32,000 bases of DNA, taken from the NCBI RefSeq assembly GCF_004365815.1, contig NZ_SODD01000024.1, positions 1 through 32,000 of the forward strand, in the 5' to 3' direction. Below the pieces are notes generated by a model. That model saw nothing but the letters and a program-made list of their open reading frames with translations. It did not search any database and was not told where the DNA came from. The DNA is from Breznakia blatticola (lineage in GTDB: Bacteria > Bacillota_I > Bacilli_A > Erysipelotrichales > Erysipelotrichaceae). Below are positions 1-8,836 of this stretch, in pieces (position 1 is the first letter of the stretch; every line of letters begins with the position of its first letter). A program made the position numbers and the translations under genes.

Positions 1-62
1 TTACCTTCCTTATTTTTATATGGTAATCTTACATTTCAATGTATCATCATACATGTAACAAT

Positions 63-680
63 CTAAGTTAGGTGCGCATCGGTTGAATTAAGCCATATAT
101 TAAATTCCTTACATGTATTTGCTAATCCGTTCACCTCTTTTTCCCAATCGATTGTCTTATCCTCATCATGATTATCAAAGTCAAAGACAATAAAATAACA
201 AGTACTATCGAGTGTAATTGGATAAATTCCGATTGCTGTTGCTTTTTCACCACCCATTATATGGTTTTTATACAATGTTTTAGTAAGTTTTTCATATTCT
301 CTATTTTTACATTTCTTACAATCAGCTCTTTTATCTCTATTTTTTAAGCACTTTTCCTTATTCCAAATATTTATACATTTTGGCGAAAAGCCAAAACGTC
401 CGTTTTTTTGCTTATAACGTGTTGCATAAGCATCCTTTCTTCCCCTAAATAAATGGATGTATTCATTTAAATCTTCTTCTTTTATAAAACGTAAAAAATC
501 GGTCGGTTTTTTACAATCCAACTTACTTAAATCGATTACTTTTTTAGTGGTCATTTGTTCATTAGAAACTTTATCTTTCCGTGATTCTATAAACCCCATA
601 TAATCAAGAAAACTTATTTCGCTATCTCTTAGAAGGTTTTGTAGATATTCTACATATAAATTATTATTAATGTCTTTCAT
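63..680 (-). pseudogene. Truncated N-terminal fragment of a TOTE-type archaeo-eukaryotic primase (AEP) domain protein, a domain normally fused to a DEAD/DEAH helicase
   Basis: Cys-rich AEP/TOTE-like signature: FRGRKDAYATRY..GFSPKCINIW..C..CKKCKNREY..IGIYPI..CYFIVFDFD. The ORF stops after ..CKEFNIWLNSTDAHLT, where full-length relatives continue into the catalytic core and a helicase. The 62 nt to the window edge carry stops in all three frames. No SD precedes the ATG. Confidence 0.5.
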
Positions 681-839
681 AATTCAATTCTACAATTATA
701 TTGTATTGTATGCAAACTGAACTAGTGGTGCCATTTAAATAATAGCCTTCCAGTTATTCAGTAACAATTAGTATATATATCTTTCAATATTAATCTTTTT
801 ATTAGTAAATATTTGTTATAATTTACATATGGTGATTAT

Positions 840-2771
840 ATGAAAAGAAGAGAAAAAGAAATTTTATATTTTTTGGCAAAAAATACTCGTTATATTACAG
901 GAGTGGAACTTGCAGATCAATTTAGTGTTACAAGTAGAACTATACGTGATGATATTAATTCCATTAAAAAAGAATTAAATGATGATATCGCAATAATAAA
1001 CTCTCAAGCAGGTAAAGGGTATTTACTAGATATCAAAAACTTCAAATTCTTTGAAGAGTTTTTAAGTGACTTAAAACTCAAAGATGTCTCACAGTATTAT
1101 GATGTACCTGATAACCCATATGATAGAGTATCTTATATTATAAAAAAGCTGTTAATGCTTGATTTCAGCATAAGAATTGATGATTTAGCTGAGGAACTAT
1201 ATATTTCACGTTCAACTCTAACTTCAGAATTAAAACAAGTTAGAGCAAGACTAAACAAATATGATTTACATTTATCCCATCAATCAGGAAAAGGATTAAT
1301 TATCGAAGGCGAAGAATTAAAAAAACGATTATGTATTTCTGAGTACTACTTTCATAATCCTGCAATTGATGGATATTTTGTTGAAGATTCTGCATTGTTT
1401 GCAAGTTCAGTAAATCAGGAAGAAATTGCTTTCATAAAAAATCTACTGTTGAACACATTAAATCAAAGCAAAATATTCATGTCTGACACATCTTTTCAAA
1501 ACTTAGTGATTCACTTAATCATATCCATCCGTAGAATGCGTTATTCTTATTATGTAGAGTATAAACAAGAAAATATTAATCAATTCAAAAAGATGAACGA
1601 ATATAGAATTGCTGAATCCATTGCTGTTGCTCTTGGTAAAGAATTCAATGAAATATGGAATGAAAGTGAAATATGTTATTTGACATCTCACATTCTTGCT
1701 AAAAAAATGATACTTTCTGATGAGGGTGAAAAAAAAGTATCAAAGCAAGTAGAGTTCTTGATTGAAAAAATAATTTTTGATATTTACATGGAAGCAGGAA
1801 TTGATCTTGGTTCAGACGATTATTTCAAGAACGTCTTAAAACTGCATCTAAATCCACTTATTTTGAGATTACAAAGTGGTTTAATTTCTAGAAACATGAT
1901 GTTAGATGACATAAAAACAAACTATCCGTTTGCATATGAATTGGCTTTAATCGCTAAGAAAGTAATACAAGATGAAATGAATGTTTCTGTGATTGAAGAC
2001 GAGTGTGGATACATAGCGCTGTATATTGGACTAGCTATTGAAAAAATGGTTGGTGAAGTCCAAAAGAAGAATATCCTTATTGTTTCATCTTTGGGAAGAA
2101 GTGCTATCGAAATACAAAAATTTAAAATCATAAATCAGTTTTCGGAGTACATCAATCGTTTAGATGTAGTTGAGTTGTATGAACTCCCAAACATTCAACA
2201 TGACATCTATGATGTGGTATTAAGTTCTGTACCAATAACTTACAAAATACATGTACCTATCCAATACATCCATTCTATTTTGACTTCTACAGATTTAGAG
2301 CAAATAAAAAATAAACTTACACAAAAATTCCAAGATACGTATTCAACTAAAAACTTATTTCAAAACATTTGGGTCTCATACAAACCTGTTACAAGTTGGA
2401 GCGAAATACCAGAATCAATATCGAAATCAAACATCGATAATGAATCTTCACGAGAAGTTATCAATTTATTAAAATTCAATAATTTCAAAATAACTGTAAA
2501 AAATGATATAGCTTTAGTTTTTACAATATCACCTCAAAAAACTGATTCTATATATTATATAACAGCTCAATCTAAGTTTACTTATGAAAAAAATGTTTTT
2601 AAATCAGTGATAATTATTACACATTCATTATCTGAGTTATCAACTTATCAACAAGTTTTGCAATCAATTTTATCCATGATTACAAACAAGGAATCAGCTA
2701 AGCTACTTTGTGAAATGGATCAAGCAAAAGTAAAGGACTTTATCACAACATATTTAGGACACACTCAATAA
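840..2771 (+). CDS. PRD-domain transcriptional regulator (BglG/LicR/MtlR-like: HTH, Mga-like, two PRDs, EIIB-like and EIIA-like modules)
   Basis: N-terminal wHTH (ITGVELADQFSVTSRTIRDDINSIKKEL), a second HTH (IDDLAEELYISRSTLTSELKQVR), PRD-type helices with His (NLVIHLI, LTSHILAK, LKLHLNP) and an EIIB-like segment NILIVSSLGRS. GGTGA lies 4 nt upstream of the ATG, with TGtTATAAT at 814-822. Confidence 0.85.
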   Translation: MKRREKEILYFLAKNTRYITGVELADQFSVTSRTIRDDINSIKKELNDDIAIINSQAGKGYLLDIKNFKFFEEFLSDLKLKDVSQYYDVPDNPYDRVSYIIKKLLMLDFSIRIDDLAEELYISRSTLTSELKQVRARLNKYDLHLSHQSGKGLIIEGEELKKRLCISEYYFHNPAIDGYFVEDSALFASSVNQEEIAFIKNLLLNTLNQSKIFMSDTSFQNLVIHLIISIRRMRYSYYVEYKQENINQFKKMNEYRIAESIAVALGKEFNEIWNESEICYLTSHILAKKMILSDEGEKKVSKQVEFLIEKIIFDIYMEAGIDLGSDDYFKNVLKLHLNPLILRLQSGLISRNMMLDDIKTNYPFAYELALIAKKVIQDEMNVSVIEDECGYIALYIGLAIEKMVGEVQKKNILIVSSLGRSAIEIQKFKIINQFSEYINRLDVVELYELPNIQHDIYDVVLSSVPITYKIHVPIQYIHSILTSTDLEQIKNKLTQKFQDTYSTKNLFQNIWVSYKPVTSWSEIPESISKSNIDNESSREVINLLKFNNFKITVKNDIALVFTISPQKTDSIYYITAQSKFTYEKNVFKSVIIITHSLSELSTYQQVLQSILSMITNKESAKLLCEMDQAKVKDFITTYLGHTQ

Positions 2772-2840
2772 AAAAGCAGACAATCACTTAAAGTAACTCT
2801 GTCTAAATATCAGAATTACAAAGTGATTGTACTGCTTTTT
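2772..2840. terminator. Bidirectional factor-independent terminator between convergent genes
   Basis: Arms aaaagcagacaatcactt (2772-2789) and aagtgattgtactgctttt (2821-2839) pair with one bulged base. A- and T-runs flank both sides. The hairpin sits between the stop codons at 2771 (+) and 2842 (-). Confidence 0.6.
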
Positions 2841-2841
2841 C

Positions 2842-3906
2842 TTATGCCTTTGCTTTTATCTTTCTTTCGAAATCATAATTAGATAAGTTGTAACTTAATA
2901 AATCTAATTCACTGCAAATACACTCGGAAAACACTTGAAACGGTATAATATCATTTATAATATTCATATCATAATTATCTCCGCCAGTAATATTAAGTGT
3001 ATTTTTATCTTGAAGACTACAATCGTTAGTAATCAAATAAACGTGGTCTGTTAGACCTTTTGTCGCATTAAATAATTGAATCATTCTATCATGTGACTCA
3101 CTGTTATTATCAATAAAAATGATCACATGGTCCTTTCTGATTTCGTACGATGGACCATGTACAAACTCTTCCATCTCATAAGCATTAGTAGCTGAACCAA
3201 TCATTTCATTAAGTTTTAATGCACCTTCTAGAGCTACACCGAATGTACTTCCAATACCAACCAGCATCATTCTTCGACTATTAAGAATAGATGTCTTGTG
3301 ACTTTCGAAAAATTTTATGGATTTATCTTTGCTATCAGCCATACAAGAGATTTGCTTCTCAATTTTGCCAATTTCCTGTTTCTTTTTTTGTTCTTTCCAT
3401 TGTTGTAACTTGCTAGCACATTCAACTGTAAATTTCATAAGGAAGACACTTGAACATGGATATCCTTTTGCAACATAATAATCATCACTTCCACTTCCAT
3501 ATTCAAATACATTGGAACAATATTTTTGAATTGGAGCATCTTTATTCGTTGTCAAAACACATACTTCATGCCCAAGAGACATAGCTTTTTTCACTGCAGC
3601 AATCGTATTTGTACTTCTTCCTGATTGTGACATACAAATAACAAATGCTTGATCATCATATGCATAATCATACATAACATACGTAACTGACCATACAACT
3701 TTTACTTCTACATTGAGCGTATTTTGCATATACCACTTTACAGACATTGCAATATTATAAGACGACCCCGAGGCAACAACAACTATCTTCTTGCGTTCTT
3801 TTTTTGTATATAAATTTGCAAGTTTCTCTATTCGTTTATCTCTATCTTTTAAAATATCTAGACATAATCCTGGAGCTTTCTCCATATAATCAAACATATC
3901 TCTCAT
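2842..3906 (-). CDS. Double-SIS-domain sugar-phosphate isomerase/deaminase/deglycase (GlmS C-terminal / AgaS-like)
   Basis: SIS motifs VVASGSSYNIAMSVKWY and CMSQSGRSTNTIAAVKKAMSLGHEVCVLT, plus a second SIS with LVGIGSTFGVALEGALKLNE and EEFVHGP. Start moved to ATG 3906 (MRDMFDY), which is preceded by AAGGAAG 7 nt upstream. The ORF-track start at 3933 overlaps the upstream gene. Confidence 0.85.
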   Translation of the reverse strand: MRDMFDYMEKAPGLCLDILKDRDKRIEKLANLYTKKERKKIVVVASGSSYNIAMSVKWYMQNTLNVEVKVVWSVTYVMYDYAYDDQAFVICMSQSGRSTNTIAAVKKAMSLGHEVCVLTTNKDAPIQKYCSNVFEYGSGSDDYYVAKGYPCSSVFLMKFTVECASKLQQWKEQKKKQEIGKIEKQISCMADSKDKSIKFFESHKTSILNSRRMMLVGIGSTFGVALEGALKLNEMIGSATNAYEMEEFVHGPSYEIRKDHVIIFIDNNSESHDRMIQLFNATKGLTDHVYLITNDCSLQDKNTLNITGGDNYDMNIINDIIPFQVFSECICSELDLLSYNLSNYDFERKIKAKA

Positions 3907-3925
3907 ATCTAAACTTCCTTTCAAA

Positions 3926-5536
3926 CTATGCAATAATTCCGATTAAATTGAATACAATTCCAAATGCCAATAACGCAAAAATTAATGGAAGAACTTTTAC
4001 TTCTTTACGCAGTAATTTCGATATTACAAAAATTGAAATTAATGGAAGTAAGTTCGGTAATATTTCATCTAAAATTGCTTGAACTTCAACAGTAACGCCA
4101 TTAGCCATATGGAATACCAATGGTGTAGATATGCTAATCATGTCGCAAGTCATCGCTCCGATTACACACATTCCCAAAATACCAGCACACAGTGACATTT
4201 TTTCAATAATATTACTTTTTGACATCATCTCGAGAACCTTATGTCCCAATTCGTAACCTTTGAATGTTAAAATATATCGCATAATCCAGTGTGGTACATT
4301 AAACACTAACAAGAATAGAATCGGTCCTAATATGCTTCCTTGCATCGCAAATTGACATCCAATACCAGCAGCAACAGTTTTTACGATTCCCCACCAAAAG
4401 CTATCACCAATACCAGCTAATGGTCCCATTAATCCAGCTTTAACACTGTTAATACTAGCAGCATCGAAATTTTTATCTTGAGCATTTTGCTCTTCCATAG
4501 AAGCAGAAATACCCATAATAAATGTTGAAAATTCTGGATTACTATTAAAAAACTCTAAATGACGATTAATCGCATCAGACTGATCTTGTGGATCAGAATA
4601 TATTTTTTCAATTGCAGGTAACATCGCACGACAATAACCAATTGATTGTAATCTAGAATAAATAAACGGTCCCTCTAGTCCAAACGACTTAAAGAAAATG
4701 CTTTTTAAATCAGATTTAGATAACATTTTCTTAATTTCTGTTACCTCTTGTGGTTCATCATCTAAATCATCAAAATCGATAATACCACTTTCTTCTGCTC
4801 CTGTGTCTTTATCTTTTGTGAAAAAGAATGCAACTGCAGCAAAAGCAGCACCTAAAATTGCAACTGCCATTGTTGGCATTTGTAAATATGCAGCACATAC
4901 GAACCCAATAAAAAAGAATGCTAATGTTTTAGGTGTCATAGTTAAATTAAATAGCATCGCAAATCCAAGTGCGGTAAGTAAGTTTGTACCAGTTCCAATT
5001 GCATTCATAACATCTTCTGGAATAGAGTTAGCAATATTTGCAACTGCTTCTGCTCCAACCAATAAACTAATAAATACAGTTAAGAACATAAACACACAAC
5101 TTAATCCAAAAATAATCCAAAATGATCGATACACTTGCTTAGGTGTATTCTTTTCGGGATTATCAAATAACAACCTAGCTGCAACTAAATCATAACCAGT
5201 TGTAGCTAAGTGCTCTAATAATCTAAATACAATCCCAACAGGTATTGCTAAAGCAACTGCAGCTTCAGTACTTAATCCCCCTGAAATCGCAAACCCTGCT
5301 CCTAACACTCCCGCTATTGTTATGTTTATTGGAATTGATATACCAATTCCCATCATCCCCATAGTGGCTAGTTCCAATGTACCACCAATAATAATACCTT
5401 TGCTTAAATCACCCAATACAAGACCAACCAGTGTACACATCACAAGTGGTCGTGTTGACTTATTAATTCCATCAACATATTCACACCATCCAAAGACAGC
5501 GATTAAACCTAAAAGTATTTGTTGAACAATATTCAT
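3926..5536 (-). CDS. PTS mannose/fructose/sorbose-family fused EIIC-EIID permease
   Basis: The N-terminal half is EIIC-like (MNIVQQILLGLIAVFGW.., multi-TM). An acidic linker follows (DFDDLDDEPQEV). The C-terminal half is EIID-like (SRLQSIGYCRAMLPAIEKIY, RHLEFFNSNPEFSTFIMGISASMEEQ). GAGGGGG RBS. Confidence 0.9.
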   Translation of the reverse strand: MNIVQQILLGLIAVFGWCEYVDGINKSTRPLVMCTLVGLVLGDLSKGIIIGGTLELATMGMMGIGISIPINITIAGVLGAGFAISGGLSTEAAVALAIPVGIVFRLLEHLATTGYDLVAARLLFDNPEKNTPKQVYRSFWIIFGLSCVFMFLTVFISLLVGAEAVANIANSIPEDVMNAIGTGTNLLTALGFAMLFNLTMTPKTLAFFFIGFVCAAYLQMPTMAVAILGAAFAAVAFFFTKDKDTGAEESGIIDFDDLDDEPQEVTEIKKMLSKSDLKSIFFKSFGLEGPFIYSRLQSIGYCRAMLPAIEKIYSDPQDQSDAINRHLEFFNSNPEFSTFIMGISASMEEQNAQDKNFDAASINSVKAGLMGPLAGIGDSFWWGIVKTVAAGIGCQFAMQGSILGPILFLLVFNVPHWIMRYILTFKGYELGHKVLEMMSKSNIIEKMSLCAGILGMCVIGAMTCDMISISTPLVFHMANGVTVEVQAILDEILPNLLPLISIFVISKLLRKEVKVLPLIFALLAFGIVFNLIGIIA

Positions 5537-5550
5537 ATATACCCCCTCGT

Positions 5551-6024
5551 CTACTTAATTAAGTCTTTAATATCTTGTTTATTATCTGAAGGCATTTGAC
5601 GCGCTTCGATTTCGTATCCTTTATCTAAAATCTCACGACAAATATCCACATCTTTTTCAGTTAACGTTATCGCATTTGTGTATCTAGTGCTTCCTTCTCG
5701 CTCACGTAAACCACCTAGATTTAAACTATGTAATTCATCAACATTCATTATTAACTCTTTGGCATCTTCCAAATTATTTACAATTATCAACGATGAATAC
5801 TTTTTCGCTTTATCCGTTTTTAGTATTTCAACAGCCTTTTTCACCTCAACTATTGTAAGATTAACATTTTGTGGTTTTGCCAAACCTAATGTCATTTTTG
5901 TAAATTCATCATGTGCTATCTTATCATTTGCTACAATTATTAAATTCACTTTCAAACTCTTTGTCCAAGCGAAAGCTACTTGACCATGAAGTAATCGATC
6001 ATCAACTCGTAATAGCTTAATCAT
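5551..6024 (-). CDS. PTS mannose-family EIIB component
   Basis: N-terminal MIKLLRVDDRLLHGQVAFAWT, the sorbose-subfamily EIIB phospho-His signature. About 157 aa. Overlaps the EIIA stop by 8 nt. Confidence 0.9.
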   Translation of the reverse strand: MIKLLRVDDRLLHGQVAFAWTKSLKVNLIIVANDKIAHDEFTKMTLGLAKPQNVNLTIVEVKKAVEILKTDKAKKYSSLIIVNNLEDAKELIMNVDELHSLNLGGLREREGSTRYTNAITLTEKDVDICREILDKGYEIEARQMPSDNKQDIKDLIK

Positions 6025-6412
6025 TATACTCTCCTCTCGCTAACATATTTACATAAACCATTTGTTCTCTAGCTTGTACTATTTTTTCATTGAGAAAAGT
6101 TGTATCCATTTCTTCGTCATAAAATAGCATTTCTAATACAAATGGCAAATTGAATCCAGAAATTATGTGAACATTTTCATTCATATATCTCATAATTTCA
6201 CGATTAACACTTCCTGCCAATAGATCCGTAAAGACAATAATTTCATTATCAACTTGACTAGAAAAATACTTCTTCACTTCATCAATTATTGAATCAGAAT
6301 TGACATATGCATCAATTATGTCGATATCATTTCTATCTCCTGCTAATAAGCGGATTGTTGATAACATACCTGATGCCATTTCTCCATGAGTTGCAATTAA
6401 ATATCTTCTCAT
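6017..6412 (-). CDS. PTS mannose-family EIIA component
   Basis: MRRYLIATHGEMASGMLSTIRLLAG, the EIIA-Man fold signature with the His in ATHG. AAAGGAGAG RBS. First gene of the operon. Confidence 0.85.
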   Translation of the reverse strand: MRRYLIATHGEMASGMLSTIRLLAGDRNDIDIIDAYVNSDSIIDEVKKYFSSQVDNEIIVFTDLLAGSVNREIMRYMNENVHIISGFNLPFVLEMLFYDEEMDTTFLNEKIVQAREQMVYVNMLARGEYND

Positions 6413-6432
6413 ATACTCTCCTTTCTAATTAC

Positions 6433-6461
6433 ATTATATTTTTCCGCATCCTTTCTAACAA
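6433..6461 (-). promoter_or_regulatory. Candidate sigma-A promoter of the EIIA-EIIB-EIICD-SIS operon
   Basis: On the minus strand: TTGTTA (6461-6456), a 17-nt spacer, then TATAAT (6438-6433). The SD AAGGAG begins 9 nt after the -10, implying a very short leader. Confidence 0.45.
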
Positions 6462-6544
6462 GACGACCTTTTTCCGATTATCTGCGGAAATTTTCCTCTA
6501 ACTACACACTCATTACAATACTTTTCCTCATGTATGCGGAAATT
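6439..6544. promoter_or_regulatory. Three copies of a TTTCCGCA box (candidate regulator binding sites)
   Basis: tgcggaaatt occurs at 6483-6492 and 6535-6544, a direct repeat 52 bp apart. The opposite orientation tttttccgca lies at 6439-6448, abutting the -10. A degenerate copy tttttccga lies at 6469-6477. Confidence 0.45.
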
Positions 6545-6652
6545 AATAAAGATTAGTATCAATTTTCTTTCTAATAAATACTTCTGACATTGAATATGTA
6601 TTGTATGCTACAAATTCGTATTATTAACATGATAAATAAAATACATGATTTT

Positions 6653-6697
6653 AAAAAAAACGACACTATCTTGAATTTTCCAAGTACTGAGTCGTTT
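6653..6697 (-). terminator. Rho-independent terminator after the GntR pair
   Basis: On the minus strand: aaacgac, a 26-nt loop with inner cttg/caag pairing, gtcgttt, then a T8 run. It begins about 24 nt after the stop at 6721. Confidence 0.5.
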
Positions 6698-6720
6698 ATC
6701 TTTAATATATACAATTGTAT

Positions 6721-7443
6721 TTAACGTATTGCTTCGTATGTAAACACAGCTTTGTCACATCGCAAATAACTTTCTGTGTATTCTACTATGTGTCCTTCAC
6801 TATCTTGACCAATGTATTCAAAATAGTAAAGTGGATCATTTATTTTAATTCCCATTTGTTTAGCTAGTTTTTCATCTGCTTCAATGATAATAAGACGTTG
6901 TTTAAACTTTTGTGGGAATCTTCCTTTTCTTGCCATATAGTCATAAATAGATACATCTTCAAAGTTGTAATCATCTACATCTTCGAAGTATTTAAATGGC
7001 ATATAACAATATTCCATGGCAAATGGTGCATCATTGGCACAACGAAGACGGTGAATTAAATATACATCTTCATATTTTGCTAGTTCCATTTTAGAACCTA
7101 AATAATTAAAAGCTTTTAACATTCCTTTTTCAAGAACGATATCTCTTGTTTGTGCTCCTTGTTCGCGAAGTAATGCACTAATACCATATGCATCTTCTCC
7201 ACCAAGAATTAGACGTTGTGAGTTCTTTCTTTGCACAAATGTACCTTTTCCATGAATTCGAAATAAGTATCCTTCTTCTACCAAAGATTCAATGGCCTTT
7301 TTTACCGTCATTCGATTTACTTGATACATTTCAGCAAGCTTTCTTTCACTAGGAATCGCTTCTCCAGGTAAGTATTCTTGATTATTAATTTTCTTAATAA
7401 TCGCATCCTTGATTTGGATATAAATCGGCATCCGATAATCCAT
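6721..7443 (-). CDS. GntR-family transcriptional regulator, HutC subfamily (wHTH + UTRA effector domain)
   Basis: PIYIQIKDAIIKKINNQEYLPGEAIPSERKLAEMYQVNRMTVKKAIESLVEEGYLFRIHGKGTFV. Start set to ATG 7443 (MDYRMPIY) with an AAAGGAAG RBS, 1 nt after the upstream TAG. Confidence 0.9.
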   Translation of the reverse strand: MDYRMPIYIQIKDAIIKKINNQEYLPGEAIPSERKLAEMYQVNRMTVKKAIESLVEEGYLFRIHGKGTFVQRKNSQRLILGGEDAYGISALLREQGAQTRDIVLEKGMLKAFNYLGSKMELAKYEDVYLIHRLRCANDAPFAMEYCYMPFKYFEDVDDYNFEDVSIYDYMARKGRFPQKFKQRLIIIEADEKLAKQMGIKINDPLYYFEYIGQDSEGHIVEYTESYLRCDKAVFTYEAIR

Positions 7444-7444
7444 A

Positions 7445-8176
7445 CTAATTTCTTCCTTTCTTTGGTAACAAATCATTATTTACAAACACAAAACGATCCA
7501 TAAGCATATACGCTTCAATGTACTCGATTGGTTCTTTTTCTTTTGACATAACGAGTCCTTGTTGTTTTACAAGTTTTTGTCCTACTGGTATAGATAGAGC
7601 TTTTGCAGTATATTCATCACTTTCTACGACAATAATTTCTTGTTCTGAAAATGCGATATTGTTTAAATAATCATCTTCCAATACATCATATAAAGAATTA
7701 TTCTCTAAATCTTTTTTATCTAGATCTGGTGCTACATCATATGGAACAGCAGAAGCTTCCAATGAGATTTTTTCATCATCAACATAGCGAATTCTCTCAA
7801 TTGCATAGTATTTTGTTCCAATTGGTAGTTTAAGTTTAATTGATAGTTCTTTACCTACTTCTTTGCGTGAGATGGAAAGCAACTTCAATCGTTGTTTCTT
7901 ACCCATTTCTGCAACTGTTTGCGATGTTGAAGAAATGCGGTATACATTCTTTTCAATACGTCTAGGCGCAACAAAATACCCACTTCTTTCTTTAGCGCAA
8001 ATCCAACCTTCTTGAAGTAGCAGTTTTAATCCCGTTCGAACGGTTCCTCGTTGAACTTCAAACTTCTCTGCTAACTCTCTTTCACTTGGAAGTTTCTCAC
8101 CCTCTAGAAGTGGAGTGTTTTCAATCATATATTTGATTTCATTGCAGACAATAATGTCTAATGTTAATAATTTCAT
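7445..8176 (-). CDS. GntR-family transcriptional regulator, HutC subfamily (second, divergent paralogue)
   Basis: LPSERELAEKFEVQRGTVRTGLKLLLQEGWICAKERSGYFV followed by a UTRA-like C-terminal domain. AAGAGG lies 7 nt upstream of the ATG. Confidence 0.9.
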   Translation of the reverse strand: MKLLTLDIIVCNEIKYMIENTPLLEGEKLPSERELAEKFEVQRGTVRTGLKLLLQEGWICAKERSGYFVAPRRIEKNVYRISSTSQTVAEMGKKQRLKLLSISRKEVGKELSIKLKLPIGTKYYAIERIRYVDDEKISLEASAVPYDVAPDLDKKDLENNSLYDVLEDDYLNNIAFSEQEIIVVESDEYTAKALSIPVGQKLVKQQGLVMSKEKEPIEYIEAYMLMDRFVFVNNDLLPKKGRN

Positions 8177-8179
8177 GGT

Positions 8180-8225
8180 ACAACCTCTTTACGGTTTCAT
8201 TATACCACATGAATTCAAAAAGCAA
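8180..8225 (-). promoter_or_regulatory. Candidate extended -10 promoter of the GntR pair, with the shared downstream AAGAGGTTGT element
   Basis: On the minus strand: TTGCTT (8225-8220), 15 nt, TGgTATAAT (8207-8199), 9 nt, AAGAGGTTGT (8189-8180). The last element also serves as the SD for ATG 8176. Confidence 0.4.
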
Positions 8226-8310
8226 ATGATAACAAATTAATTTTATCTAAATTACGATATGTAATAATATAAGAAAAAGCAAAGAAAGAATTTCCCTCTT
8301 CGCTATGTAT

Positions 8311-8751
8311 CTAATACTTTTCCATTACGATATATTCAGTTCGTTTATATCCCAACTTTTCATAGAAGGCTAATGCTTTTTCATTGCGTGGGTTTACTTC
8401 TAAAGTGAATGTATAATCATCAATATCATAGTTTGCTTCTAACCATTGAAAGAACTTTCTTCCACAGTTTTGACCACGCATTTGTGGGCAAATATAGAGT
8501 TCATCTATTAAGATGGTAATACTTTCATTTCCATTACTCCAAAAGAACCCTAAAAGTGCATAACCGACAATTTGTTGATCCATTTCTAGAATAAGTCCTC
8601 TTACGTACGGAGAGTTTTTCATCACCATTTTAAAGGTTGCTTCATACTGTTCAATTGAACCTTCTTCCAATGTTGCAAACCCACTATAAAAGTCTTTTGA
8701 CATCTCGTAATATATTTCTTTATCTTGTTGTGTAAAATCACGTATATTCAT
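8311..8751 (-). CDS. GNAT-family N-acetyltransferase
   Basis: 146 aa with the acetyl-CoA binding core LYICPQMRGQNCGRKFFQWLE (Q/RxxGxG/A-like) and C-terminal ALAFYEKLGY. AAAGGAGA RBS. Confidence 0.85.
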   Translation of the reverse strand: MNIRDFTQQDKEIYYEMSKDFYSGFATLEEGSIEQYEATFKMVMKNSPYVRGLILEMDQQIVGYALLGFFWSNGNESITILIDELYICPQMRGQNCGRKFFQWLEANYDIDDYTFTLEVNPRNEKALAFYEKLGYKRTEYIVMEKY

Positions 8752-8836
8752 CGTTTATCTCCTTTCTTCATGATGTATATAGAAGAAACGCTAACGATGA
8801 AACTCGTCATTGGCATGTAGAATCAGTCGACTATGC

